A DNA stretch of 63,439 nucleotides, counting the filler, from Perkinsus chesapeaki ATCC PRA-425 (Eukaryota; Protista; Perkinsozoa), in the NCBI GenBank assembly GCA_013115145.1. It is 6 parts of 6 records of this genome, joined end to end, with 100 filler letters (N's around TTAATTAATTAA, not from the genome) between each part and the next. Parts side by side here need not be neighbours in the genome. Positions count along the whole stretch, not along the records: positions 1 to 18,916 come from JAAPAO010000649.1; 5 more parts are not named here. The stretch is one strand, 5' to 3'. The position numbers were made by a program, and so were the translations under genes. This document shows, in pieces, positions 1 to 12,153 of this stretch. The stretch's first letter is position 1. Every line of letters starts with the position of its first letter. Below the pieces are notes generated by a model. That model saw only the letters and a list, made by a program, of their open reading frames with translations. It was not told the DNA's origin and did no database searches.

Positions 1-464
1 GGCAGCGGGCAATCAACGGGTATGGCGATGTGGTAGGCCTGGGCTATCTTGTCGACGAGGGCCCTGCATATCCGCTTGGCCGTAGGGTTGACCCACGCTG
101 GAATATCAGCTCCGAGCATGTTATCATCAGCCAGTTGCACACAGATCTGGGTCATGTCCTCGAAAGCTGTGTAGATGTCTGTTGGGGTTTCAGAGCCGCT
201 CTGCTGAGCATCGTCGTCGGTAGGGGTTATGCCGCTTCCCGCGACGCCCTCCCTGCTATCTCTGAGTGGGGTGGGTACAGTGATAGCATCGATGTGGTCA
301 CGCATGATTAGTCTGTAGTCCCCGGCACCATTCTCGAGGTCGAGGAAGCACTTAGCAATGGCAGTCGAGTTGGAGATTAACAGTTCTCGGCTGGCAGCCC
401 CCAATGTCAGGAAGGCCCCTCGAACTGTGTCACTCAACGCTGATGATGACGATGATAATACCAT
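1..464 (-). CDS. Hypothetical protein, 3'-truncated by the window edge (probably the last visible exon of a spliced gene)
   Basis: Manual translation of the minus strand from ATG at 464 is open to position 1 (MVLSSSSSALSDTVRGAFLTLGAASRELL...RICRALVDKIAQAYHIAIPVDCPL). It is absent from the ORF track because no stop is in the window. Confidence 0.55.
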   Translation of the reverse strand, partial: MVLSSSSSALSDTVRGAFLTLGAASRELLISNSTAIAKCFLDLENGAGDYRLIMRDHIDAITVPTPLRDSREGVAGSGITPTDDDAQQSGSETPTDIYTAFEDMTQICVQLADDNMLGADIPAWVNPTAKRICRALVDKIAQAYHIAIPVDCPL

Positions 465-1066
465 AGCAATAGTGGGATGAATTAACAATCAATCGTGACT
501 CATCTTCAAGTGCAGTTAGCGACGGTTTCAACCGTTATATATATGATGCGCCGACAGTGGCGCACGCCGACAATGATATACAATAATATCTCCACAGCAG
601 AATTCCAGAATTCGGTGTAGGGGTTGTTGAGATAAGTACACGGAGACTATCCGGCAAGCCGCTAGCAACTCAATACCACCGACGAGTGGTTTAAAAGGCT
701 TATATACGGATGAATGTGTACGCAAGCGCGCTGCGACGTCACTTGCTATCTTGAGTGTTTTTCAACGCCTTGGCTTTCAGTGTGGAACACTGAATTGCAG
801 CAGGCGCCGGCGGTTCGAAGGGATTAACGCAGCCCGCAGCATCACAAATGTCAAACTCTGGTGTGGACGAAACGAGCGTGTACATGAGAAAAGTTACGTC
901 GCTGGTGACGATATTGATGATGGTTTTAATGATGACGATTCGTATCATAGTTATGATGATGATAGTTATACCGTGAGAAAACTAAATTTTTTTTATCCAG
1001 CTTTTTCAAGTTGCGTTATGTTCATCTTGTTATTATTTTAGTTTGTTTCATTCCAAATGCCTACTT

Positions 1067-1250
1067 TTAAGGGAATTCGCAACAGTCTAGACAACAATAA
1101 CAACAACAGTTATCACAGGATGTTTGATGTGCTTCTGCAACTTCTCGATCCAGACGTCTCGTCATGCGTGTTCGATTTGGAAAGGGCTGCCGTGAAGGCA
1201 TGTGATTACATGCCTCTTTCATTTCGGACAAGCACTCTATCGCAAGTTTG
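1067..1250 (-). CDS. Terminal exon of a small protein with a Cys-rich tail (...EAHQTSCDNCCCYCCLDCCEFP*), copy 1
   Basis: Open minus frame ending in TAA at 1067-1069. Differences from the paralogue at 1792-1921 in this tail are synonymous or conservative. Confidence 0.45.
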
Positions 1251-1791
1251 GCGCCCTCGAGCTGTGGACCTCGACAGACGATTCACTTGAGGGCCTCGAG
1301 TTGAGGCGAGCCGTGAGAAAGCTTTGTATAACCTCGTGTTACCAACCTCGAAACTGTTGATCGGTTTCCGCTTTGTATGTGCTATGCTTCCACACTCTGA
1401 GTCTGAGACCATCATGAGTCATGATTCATGACTTATTTCCGGTCACAGTATGGTTTTCTCGAGTTCTTTGCACCTCAGTTGTGTAGCCAGCTGAGCGCGT
1501 GCTGGGGGACTTACCACGTACTAACAATGGTCAAGAGGGATTCCACAGATGATGGAATGGTGGATGGAATCCACGTGGGGCGCCGGCGCCGCTTATTTCA
1601 GTGGGCTCTTCGGGACCCAAGGTGCCGCCGCGGCACCGCCGCGTGTAAGAGCGCCGGCGGTGGGCAGCAATGTACGAATATTATTTCGCAGTGCGAGATT
1701 CGCACGTAGCTGCGTCCTCATCAATTTTTTCCGAGTTGCGTTATTCTCATACTGTTATTTTTTTAGTTCGTTTCATTCCAAATGTCTGCCT

Positions 1792-1921
1792 TTAAGCGAA
1801 GTCACAACACTCTAGACAACAATAACAGCAACAATTATCACGATCGATGTGTTTCTGTAACTTCTCGGTCCAGACGTTTCGTCATGCGTGTTCGATATAG
1901 AAAGGGCTGCCGTGAAGGCAT
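1792..1921 (-). CDS. Paralogous Cys-rich tail (...KHIDRDNCCCYCCLECCDFA*), copy 2; frame upstream is shifted relative to copy 1
   Basis: Alignable with 1067-1200 and shares the stop position. A 5-nt indel lies just upstream of the Cys tract. Confidence 0.4.
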
Positions 1922-2534
1922 TGTACGGCATCAACGCGTAGATCATCTTGACTTTGAAATAGTTTCGTGTACAACATGGACATTGGACAACATGAATCCA
2001 TGTCATGGATTCTAGAGATCTAAAGCCGGGTCTAAAATTATCTAGCAGGGAATAGAGAATAAAAGATACTGCGGATGAGGCAAAAATCGTTCAGACGTAA
2101 AGAATTACTTGGAAGCTTTTACACAGCCTAAACCTACTGTGCTTTATCTGGTTATGACATAAACCGTCATGATGCAGCAAAGGTAAAAAGCAGGATAGTT
2201 GAGTACATAAACGGTGGGTGAAATTCGATTATTGGGACGTTCAAAACTGCAGTCGACGAATTACAACTTATATATACAACTTTCAACCAATATAAGTCGT
2301 GACATATCGATATGTAGTATCTTCTGAGATGCTTCGATCGGTACTAAATTCATCATGGTTTAAAACGGCCATCAAAAGAGATTAGGTTTTTAGGCTAAAA
2401 ATTTTAGCTAGTGAAAAGTTTTTATCGATTATATCGGCGAGCGGTTATTTATTGGTGAAAATAGGGTTTGGATGAATAGAGGCACTACGCAACAGTATGG
2501 TGAGGGTGAACAACATAATGAACATGACGAACAA

Positions 2535-5500
2535 CTATTTAGGGGAGGTAAATCTTGCTTTGAACTCGGAGTACTCAATCAACCTAATAAAGTATCTTTT
2601 AACATTTCACCTCCTAACATTTCACTTACCCATCTCTATCGGTGTCCATCTCTTGGATGATCGCATCGATTTCCATTTGAGCTGGTACGAGGCCCATATG
2701 GCTCACCTCACCGCACCTGACCAAATAGAATCGGAACGTTCGGGGGGAGGAGTAACAGCTTACTGGAGGAGTTTGCGTATCTCATTTCGGTCGAGTTTGC
2801 CATCACCGTTGAGATCGAGCTTTGAGAATGCCTTCCAAAGCCTCTCATCAAGGTGGCTGTCATAAACGCACAGGATGCCCGCCACCAGCTCGGTGTAATC
2901 GATCCTAAGAAGTCATGATCCAGTCGACCAGTTGATCAATAGTCTCACCTTCCATCTCCGTCCATGTCCATGGCATCAACGGCTCGAACAGCGGTGCTTT
3001 GGGGAACTCCTAATCTAAAGAGGAACGGCTGTGAACTGAGAACGAGGAGAGTTCCTACTTCACGAGGCCGTTCACGCAACTGTGCTTCGATATGATGCCG
3101 AGCCGCTCGGTGTCGAGTGATCGGAATATCTTATTGATTTCTTGGATACTTACAGCATGAACCTGAAGGGTATCCTGGGAAATCTACGTAGTGCGAAGCC
3201 GTGCCTGTGTGGCGATGTCCAAGAGAACGGTCCTCTCGAAGATACTCCGGCGAGAGTAATCGACAAGTCCCTGAAACAGAAAATGGCACGGCTAAAAGTG
3301 CTAGAAAATAACGTACTTGCATGACATTATCGCCAAGCTGACGGACGTTCTCATTCGGCGCTAACTCGAACCATGGGCTCGTCAGACATTGAGCGCAAGT
3401 CGGCCTCAAACGGTCAGAGTAACTGCGAATTCGAATGCAGTCGAACAACCGAGAATTCAGGTACGTCATCATTTTCTTGACCAACTGTATCGCATGAGGC
3501 GACACATGTTTTAATAGGCGCCATTCTGGCCCGATGCTGATCGCCTTCAACCAATCCTGAGCCTTCATCGATCTGGCCAGTACCGGCGGCTGAGAGGAGG
3601 TGTCTGCGTCGATCACGCGGATGGGACCTTACTTTGCCGCAGAACAAATGGAATAAAACGCAGCCGAGACTATAGACGTCGCATTTGAGACCGAAAGTGT
3701 TGCTTCGACTCAAAGTGGCATTCCAAACCTATCAGAGAGGAAATTAAAACGACAAGAGGTGAGCAAAGGTGGACCTCGGGAGCCATAGTGTAGGGCGTGC
3801 CAGCGACGTGACGCGACACAAACGGTCGACCAGGATCAAAGGCCTCGGCCAAACCAAAGTCAATGAGGACAACATGAGGCGGTGTGTCGAATGGATCTGA
3901 ACAGGTGTCATCAATCTGACCTCTTGAGAATCTTACTTTTGCTGGATTTGTCTTTGGTAAGTAACATTATATTTTCGGCTTTGATGTCCTTGTGTATTAT
4001 ACCGTGGTTGTGGCAATATGAAACAGCTTCCAAAATTTGTTCGTATCTGATCGCCCCTCACTTTTCCGAGAAAAGGGAGCTGATCGTCGTACAATCCGGC
4101 GATCCACCCTTCGGTTAAGGATTTCTTGCCTCTGCTCTTGATGTAAGTGTCCTCGATGACCTGAAGTTACACCACAACAATAGCGGTCGATTGTGAAGAA
4201 GAAGTTGCAAATATGAAACGATCGCAGCACGGTCTCGTTACCGTCTCGAACCCTCACAATACAAAATATGAAACTTCTTGGAGTTTCCAATAACTGTCAA
4301 ATGAGTAGAGTTTTAAGTACATCTAGAAAACGCTGTTATGAACATGACGGGATCTGTTAGTTGACCTGGGACATCGTAGTTCACAGAGTTCTCGGAAGTT
4401 CGAGTCTAACGCAGTCGAGAGACAGTCGTCACCTTCATAAGTTCTCCACCTTCGCAAAGCTCCAGTATGAGATAGACGTTATTGTAATCTTCGAAGTACC
4501 TAAATAGTGAACCATGCATCCCCACTAAGGCACGCCTCAGCATTTTAAACGGTTCTATGGTGTAACGATTAGCACTCCAGACTCTGAATCTGGCGATCTG
4601 GGTTCAAATCCCGGTAGAACCTATTCTAAAACTTACTCGAAAAGCTTTAAAATGTGAGGATGGTCCATTTTCTTCATATTCTTTATTTCTTGTTCCAATT
4701 CTTGTGGGTCCATATGGCTACTCTTTTTATTGATAACCTTCATTACCTAAACCACATCATCATTTAATATGTCTACATCAATAAATTTCAGTATGGCTTG
4801 CACGCATGCGCATCGACCGGCGCAGCTTACCCGAGCCTCTTTAGTCTTCTTATCAACCACTCGTTTTGCTACACCAAATGTGCCTTGCCCGAGTGTCTCC
4901 TTAACACTGTAATGAGCATCGGGACGGCCTAAAGGAAAAAAGACTGAGTTCATCGGTCGCACCTTTGGTCGGCAATTTCCGATTTCTGCCCATCACTGGG
5001 GCAAATTTCACATTATTAATGGTATTGGATGATATTCGATACTACTCTACTATACATTTAGAATTACATTATCAAACTATCAATAAATGTTCAAGGATCG
5101 TCACCAGAATCAAACCATCACTGTCACTCGTTTTTCCGGATTGCTACTGGTAAATTTTCACATTTTCCAGGTAGTTTTACTCATCCCGAAGCCAGCAGTC
5201 TTAACTTAAGCTAGCGAATCTTACCATGCTTCTTATCAAGGAAGAATTCACGACGGACTTTCACCGGAGCGTATTGTGCCCTGAAAATAACGTGTGCAAC
5301 TTGGCGATTTTGTGGATTTTGTTTGCGATTTTGTCTCACTTCACTTTGAGCAACAAGCGGAAATAAAGGTTGATGAACTCCTGTTGGTCAAGCATCTCAT
5401 CACCGTCCGCATCAAACTTCTTCAAACACTAGACAAGACGATACAGCCATTTCACGCGCCATGAAATTGCCTACCTGCATCACTGTTGCGTCGCTGACCC

Positions 5501-6780
5501 CTGGAATTTGCAAGTCCGAGTTTAATCGGGCGCACAAATCGACCAGTTCGGTGAAAGAGAGAACACCTGATGGAGCATATCGGCAACGTCTCGTAGGGGC
5601 ATTGCTTACCATCATTATCGCTATCAAACTTCCTAAACCAAGCCGCAGCGTGAGAGCACAGCACCTCCCGCTTGTCAAGGAGGACTTGCACCTGGAACTT
5701 GAAATAAGGTTGGCAAGATACCTCTAAAATCGTCACCTTTCGGAGCATCGAAGGAGATGGCCCAGTCGTGACCGCTGCGCCTGAAAATTACGAGTAAAAA
5801 TTTATGACGGTTCTCCGGCTCAATAGGTCACAAGACAGGCCTTGCTGAGATCTATCTTTCATCAAATTCTCACCATGACGTTCTTCAGCTTGTTCACCTT
5901 CCTTCTCCTTCGCCTCGGCCTCCAACCGACCACCATAGCAATCAGAACACACATCATAATCGCATTTCCGACAGGAGTATCTATGTCACCCTCGCTGGCA
6001 AGTTGAGCTCGAAAATATCTTACAGTTTCACGCCTCGTTTGATATCTTCTCTATGGCACACATTGCACGCATACCCTCCAGTAGGCGTCACGAAGGATGT
6101 TAAGGGGTGCATTTTCGGGCACGCTCGAGTGTTGGCCTTCACATGGGCGACAACTGGTCGAACCACTGGGGCAGGCTGTGCTGCCACTCCAACCACTGCC
6201 GCACTCACTAGAGAGAAAGAGTTTCCTGCGCGCCACGGATTGATACCCTACCTGGACGAGGTAGTGCCGGCCCCAAAGGCCTCTGTTGGACTCGGTGCGC
6301 TGCGTGGTGAATCTGAAAGGTTCAGAGCTGCAAACCAAAATCAAAATAAGAGACTCACCAATCCGATTGTTCCTATGGAGAGTCCTCGATGGTGCTGCTG
6401 GTATGGCTCTACTCTGGGCAGGAAGGCATTGAGGCCGACTGCGAAGGGAGAGGTCGTGGGTTCGCTCCCCGTCTTCGGCATCAAATGATGTGCTCCTTTA
6501 GGGTCATGCATCAGGGAGTAGTTATTAACCTGGAACATATCTTAGGTTCATGCGCGAATTACGCAATTTCCCTACCGGTGCGGCATTATGTTGATGACCA
6601 TATGCTCTTTGCACCCCAAATCCCACCGGAGCATTGTCAACCTAATCAGGAATAATAAGATACAATTAACCTCCACAGTGGTACGGCAGCAGTTGAAGGC
6701 CTCTGATAGGCCATATTGTTGTTGTGCACGCGTGCAAAATGATTCATACCAGCTCCTCCCTCTGGTAACCCTTGGAACAT
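2535..6780 (-). CDS. Calcium-dependent protein kinase, CDPK6-like architecture: N-terminal low-complexity region, Cys/His Zn-finger, 2 EF-hands, kinase, 4 EF-hands (multi-exon)
   Basis: Spliced reading gives CPKMHPL..CNVC..YSCRKCDYDVCSDCY; EF loops DSDNDGVLSFTE and DADGDEMLDQQE; kinase motifs GQGTFG, VMK, HKDIKAEN, DFG, GTPYTMAPE; C-terminal EF loops DTERLGIISK, DMDGDGRIDYTE, DLNGDGKLDRNE, DTDRDGLIEYSE; stop TAG at 2535-2537. Phases of the junctions I checked are consistent. Confidence 0.85.
4551..4622 (+). tRNA. tRNA-Gln (anticodon CTG), antisense inside a CDPK intron
   Basis: GGTTCTA/TAGAACC acceptor stem, CCAGA-CT CTG AA-TCTGG anticodon arm, GGTTCAAATCC T-loop; 72 nt. Confidence 0.95.
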
Positions 6781-6854
6781 ATCTTAACTTCTGTCATGAC
6801 ATTACATTAACAACTCGGATCATACAAAAGACTAAGATACATTATTCACTGAAA

Positions 6855-9800
6855 CTACTCGGCCTTCTTTTGGACAGCATCGGTCGGAGGCGGTGAACCC
6901 GAATCTTCCTCTTGATGTCGCCTGAAAGATAATTTCGTGGCGCGTGAACAATGATGAAACGTCCGCACTAAATCATGAAATTACCATTCCATCATGGTAA
7001 GTAATCCGAAAATGAATGACACGAATTTCGCTGCTGTAAAAACTGCTTAAAATTTTTCATCTTTTTCTGGGTGAAAATTTCTATTTTTTCCCCGTAATTT
7101 CTGCCCCACTTGGACATACCTTCCACGATAGATCCATCTTTGATAGCAACATATAATAAACACAATATCGTCACGGAACACCGAGAACTTGTGAATCTCG
7201 GGCATCCTAAAAAAGCACGCTTCAACCAAAGATACTCCCTGTTTCACACTAAATTCTTATAGGCACACAGAAAATCTTTCCTATTACAACCGAGGAGTTC
7301 TTCGCCTATACTTCAGAGAGGAAGCTAACCCTCGCCTCGAAGTCGAGGTAAAATATACTATTTTTACCAACTTTGATAGATACAAATATTTATACACGGA
7401 ATTGATTTTCGGCCGACTACGGCAGGGATTTGTCCGGTCTTTTTCTCCAAGAGGATTGAAAATGTTTCAAATTCTCAATATTTTTCTAGTCCAAAAATAG
7501 ACACGCCCTTCCTAGGGAGCTCCATGCCGCTCTCACATACCTTATCACCAATGTGAACACATCATCTATAAAAGTATTGCATGCTTGATAAGATAATGCA
7601 CGCCATGGCAGATGCTCCACTGATTTAAGCCTGTAATTAAGGAACACCTAATAACAGCAAAACAACAGCACTGAGATACAACAGAGCGGCGGCGCCTCAG
7701 TGGGACACTTTCCTCACAGAATCGTCATGGATACCGCGAAAACCAGCAAGCAGAATTCAGCGATTTTGTTCTGTCCTCAACTTATTTAGGCTTCGATGGC
7801 ATGCACACATTTCAGCAGTGATGAAAGATAAAGATATTTTAGAGCTCACTTGAGGTGTCATGACCACGAAGCCAAAGACTTCGGAGCAGGCTGCCAAGCT
7901 GAGGATTACGAATGAGTACCTACTCAAGTGAGATGGTTATTGGGAGTAGGTAATTCCGAGCTCAGCACACGTATGATTAATAATATTAGTTTAATAGTAG
8001 TTATAAGGCGATTTCTCGTAATCAGAAGGTCTCCGGTTCAAATCCCAGGGTCGGCATTTGAATCGGTATTATTCAAGCATAATACTTCAACACTCGTAGC
8101 GGAAGGTAACACTACTACCTTAATAGCTACTGTTATTTATTGGGACAAAAGAAAAGCAATAGGTGGCTGTAAAATGAGCGAATTACCCCGGCGGAGCGAA
8201 GCGTTTCGTGATTACTGAATTTAATTTCTTACCATGATCTAAATTTATAATTCATCAATCGATACGTACAGAAGGACAACACAATAGGTAGTAGGACCAA
8301 CCCAAGATACTTCATACAACGGACCTACGAAATAAGGCGGAGCGAAGCGTTTCATGTTCGACGTTTTTCAACTTACCTCGTCGTTTGTGATGCCTTGCAT
8401 TTCCTCCAGCTCCGCCAAAGACGTATCTTTCGATTTGCTCATCTTAACAAGCTTCCATCCAGAAAAAACAATACGAATAGCCTACGATGCAACCGATGCC
8501 CACGACCGCGCGCCACGAAATTGGCAGCTCACCAAGAAGTACAGGACTATTCGAGACTCATCTTGCTCTAAAACGTACAGGCACGAAATGAAGGACATAA
8601 CTGACATGAAAAACAGCATGAGGACTTTTCTGACACCTCTAGCCTATTGGTGTACCCATGTTCATGGCAATGGAACCTCGACTGAGGCCTTCAAAACTCG
8701 TACGCTCCTTGAAAAACTTAAAGTCCGATCGAAGGGAAAGGTATCTTAGGTTGAAGCGAGGACAAAGGGACAGAAACTGTGTTACTTACTCAAAGAGTAT
8801 ATGGAGAAGACTGACTCCATACACCACAAGGAGACGCCAAGGACCGCTAGATCCCGACAGGAGCATCTTGAAACTGTCCAGATCGTATTCGTTAACCTAA
8901 GATACTTCTCGGCAATCTCATGCTGATTTCCAAGCTGACCACCTTCATGACATCTTCCATATGCTCAAAGCCGTGAAGTAGAGACTCACTGACCATCCAA
9001 TAGCTCATACCAACTTTATGGAACGAAATAGTCATTTCGGGCAAGGGGTCAGACGATCCCACAGGAGGCACAGGTTCGAACCTTGGCAAGGGTGTTCCAT
9101 AAATCCTCACCGTCCTCCGCTTACTCGTCTCTCGGTGTAGCATGGGTATTCATGAAGAGTGGTAACTATAAAAAGGTGTTCATTTACTCGTCAGTGACTG
9201 GATTCCAGTCACCAGGATTAGGCTGGCGAATTTGTAACCTAACCTATGCTCCCTAGAAGTTAGTCCTCGTTAAAACCATACTACTTTTACTGGCTTCATC
9301 TAATGAGTGCGAAAACCGACCGAAATTCGGGCAAATTTTCTTGCTCGACGAGGCTTGTGGGGTTGACGTATTGCTACTACAGCTAGAAGTGTCAGACAAT
9401 TGTGAACGCGGAAAAAAATGAGTCGAGAGTCCCGACTAGAAAAGATATAAACATATAGATAAAATAAATCCCATCTTGCTGACCCAAGAGATTGTCGACT
9501 ACCAATTCATCTACCAAGCTCTCATGGAATCTCATTCATCTTTACCCATCACACCCTAATTCGCTGGAGTTGTCTATCCAATCTACAAAACTACCATCAT
9601 CAAATCCACGACGACACGCCTACCGCTCCCCCTCCCCTCGGTGCTCACCTCAAACGTACGCTCTCTCATATCGATGAACTGGCCTAAACCTTTCTCATAC
9701 ATTTTCTTACCATCCAACACTCTTGTTTCAATAATCATGCCAACTTCCATCTTACGTGGCACCGACAATTGCGGCCTCGGAGGAGCCTGAAATTCACGTC

Positions 9801-10504
9801 TCAGGTGAAATAGTTTTTTTTCGTGAATCATCACCGCATCATCGATTGCCTGAGCATACGTTTTATTAACCAAAGCTTCGACCAGGTAATGTCGTCCATC
9901 TTTGTCATCTTGCGGTATGTTAAAACTCGACAGTTGCATCACACGACTGCCTAGAATATTGCTCGCCTGTGGAAAAAAATTAGGAAAATTTCCGGAAAAT
10001 TTTCCTACTTTTCTGTGACCCTTCAATCCACCTTTTCGTAAAATAACATGCGCGAAAATGGATTCATTCTTTGATCGAAAACGTTCCGGAATCCAATCTC
10101 CCTGCAGCTTCACTTCTCGGCCCTGAAATCTGCACGCATGCACATTAAAGGGGCACCGAAGCAACCTCGTGAGAATCTTTCGTGGGTAAGCTGCTCCAAG
10201 CGTAGGTAAGATTCTCAAACGTAGCCACCCGAGCCATTCGACTCCACGGGATGCTACTCGCAGACGGTGGCCTTTGACCCGAGGAAATGTAAACGTCCAT
10301 GTCGAGGAGGGTACCCTAAGCCACGATCAGAGCAAAGTGTGGTATGAAAATGATGAGCACCTCGGCAATCGCTGGAGCTATTGCCACAACATCATTCGAT
10401 GAATCTTCTAGTGCCGGAATCTGGGCCATCTTGTAGAAGGTGTGACAAATATGACCGATATAACCGGCAAAGATAATACCAATGAGGTGGTTGGCCAAAC
10501 CCAT
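6855..10504 (-). CDS. CLPTM1: Cleft lip and palate transmembrane protein 1-like (CLPTM1/CLPTM1L family), multi-exon
   Basis: Exons give LLHILFEYLSLRSDFKFFKERTSFEGLS, FGFVVMTPQVFLNYRLKSVEHLPWRALSYQACNTFIDDVF and MPEIHKFSVFRDDIVFIICCYQRWIYR, the family C-terminal signature. ATG at 10504, TAG at 6855. Confidence 0.9.
7983..8056 (+). pseudogene. Decayed tRNA-Thr(CGT)-like sequence, antisense inside a CLPTM1 intron
   Basis: The 3' half CT-CGT-AA-TCAGA-AGGTC-TCCGG-TTCAAAT-CCCAG-GGTCGGC-A is tRNA-like, but the 5' strands of the acceptor, anticodon and T stems do not pair. Confidence 0.5.
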
Positions 10505-10825
10505 TTTAAGGAGCAGGGGAAAAACTAGAAAAATGACGGAAAAATTGGCGAATTTTTTTATGTTTGATCAAGTAAACGAGGAGCATTACGGGAGAGAAGG
10601 TGATTAGAAGTATCTTTGAGGAAAGCGATGCAGCGATGCTGTGAACTCAAACCTTGTCGGGGAACAACTTAATACTCACACCACATGGGAAATAACATAA
10701 TAAAGGTAAAATATAAATATGATTATCATTCTTTAACACTTTTGCCTTATCCTCGGACGGAGCGATGATAAACCAGTTAAAATTGAGGTAAATGAAGGCT
10801 TATACTAGACACTAATAATGCTGCC

Positions 10826-11884
10826 TCACGATAGATCTCGACGAAGGTGAAAAGTGGGACAGTTTTGTGTCACCGTGCCGCCAGGACAAAACATAACATC
10901 AACAATATTAACATCCTTTCCATTTTGTCGAATGAACATCTCATCATGCTTCAGCTTTAAATCCTTCAGTAAGACCCTAGATGTTCTGAGGTCATCCTCT
11001 ATCCTCGAAAGCACCTTATCCAGCTCATCGAGGTTGTTCGAAATTGGACTTACTCGGGACAGTTGACCATACTGACAGTAATATGGTGACAGAAGAATAC
11101 ATCTCGCCGTACCGGCGAATCTTTTCGCTTTCATGTAGCTCAGTGTCATTGTAAAGCTATCACCTTCTGGTCTGATATAGAGTGACATCTCTCTTGGCTT
11201 TGCGCTCGCGTCAGACGGCGGCAAAAGCCGTCCAATGTACAGGCCAGAACAGATTGGAGCCCTGATGGTTCTGACTCCACTATTTCCCGTTGCGTCACAC
11301 TTCTGAGCTTTCGCAGATGGAGACGGCCCATCGCCGCTCGACAAGCTCATCGAACGTTTTGCCGACTTCGGCGTGAGAATCTTAGGTTGATCCGTGCCTC
11401 TTGGGAGTGACTCATCCTCACTCTCGACAGTGTCAGTTATGGATTCTTCGCTAACCATAAATATCTCGCATTTTTGAGAGCTCTCGAGCTCTACTGTGAG
11501 ATAGAACGAAGCCTCGTCACCGTCGCCGTGTACGCTACGGATGCTCAACGAGTTAAGCTGCGAAATGCCCGAATGTGTGCGAATATCCTCAATTGTATCT
11601 TCGGCAGACAATGCCAACCTCACCACGCCCCCCAAGTCGGGCTGTGACGCCGTGACAGAGAACGAGTGATCAGGCGCGAAGGAGACGGTCGCTACGTTCG
11701 AATTGGAGACGAAATGCAGCCTTGTGTGTTGAAACTGCTCATCACATCCTCCCCAAGATGGACCTTGTTGCCGATAGAAACCGTCGAGAGCGCCGAGGGT
11801 AAGGTCGACGGTAAATGCAGACGACAGCAGAGGCAGATAAATCGACCTCAAAGATGGCATACACTGGCGAACCACTGGAAACAT
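10826..11884 (-). CDS. Intronless predicted secreted two-domain protein, paralogue A (352 aa from the Met at 11884)
   Basis: Long ORF in the track. Hydrophobic N-terminus, acidic/basic linker, and a C-terminal domain alignable with paralogue B (ICSGLYIGRL / LDKVLSRIEDDLR / HDEMFI / FHLRR). Confidence 0.75.
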   Translation of the reverse strand: MFPVVRQCMPSLRSIYLPLLSSAFTVDLTLGALDGFYRQQGPSWGGCDEQFQHTRLHFVSNSNVATVSFAPDHSFSVTASQPDLGGVVRLALSAEDTIEDIRTHSGISQLNSLSIRSVHGDGDEASFYLTVELESSQKCEIFMVSEESITDTVESEDESLPRGTDQPKILTPKSAKRSMSLSSGDGPSPSAKAQKCDATGNSGVRTIRAPICSGLYIGRLLPPSDASAKPREMSLYIRPEGDSFTMTLSYMKAKRFAGTARCILLSPYYCQYGQLSRVSPISNNLDELDKVLSRIEDDLRTSRVLLKDLKLKHDEMFIRQNGKDVNIVDVMFCPGGTVTQNCPTFHLRRDLS

Positions 11885-12153
11885 TGTTATTATTGTTAAT
11901 TTCAAAGACTTCGAAAGTACCGTAAGTTTAACACGCTCCACAAGGGTAGTGCTGCATTCTACAGATAGGGTTCGAATTGGATTATTGTTATCGGAGAGTA
12001 CAAAAAAAATAATTTTAACGACTTTCCGAACAAGTAGCGGGAAAACGTGGACGGCGTCTGAAACCACAATATTATCGGAAACGCAAGAGGATGGTCATTC
12101 TTAACACACAACCACATCTTCATGGCAAAACATCTTCTACACACCACCACCAC

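Larger units (their letters stand above)
1000..1921. repeat. Diverged direct duplication of ~200 bp (about 1000-1200 vs 1725-1921)
   Basis: tttagtttgtttcattccaaatg...gggctgccgtgaaggcat vs tttagttcgtttcattccaaatg...gggctgccgtgaaggcat. Confidence 0.85.

Noticed and set aside
1880-1895. TGA shared by both duplicates as a selenocysteine codon
   Set aside because: That frame reaches the Cys tail only in copy 2 and is closed upstream in copy 1; no SECIS was recognisable.
1057-2015. Plus-strand Asn-rich ORFs 1057-1290 and 1782-2015
   Set aside because: Substitutions between the duplicates are non-synonymous in this frame but synonymous or conservative in the minus-strand Cys frame.
4747-4962. Independent kinase start (MRPMNSVFF...)
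   Set aside because: The upstream part is a polypyrimidine tract plus AG acceptor in phase with the upstream EF-hand exon.
7408-7440. Third tRNA T-arm-like remnant on the minus strand
   Set aside because: The TTC of the T-loop is missing and there are no other arms; too weak.
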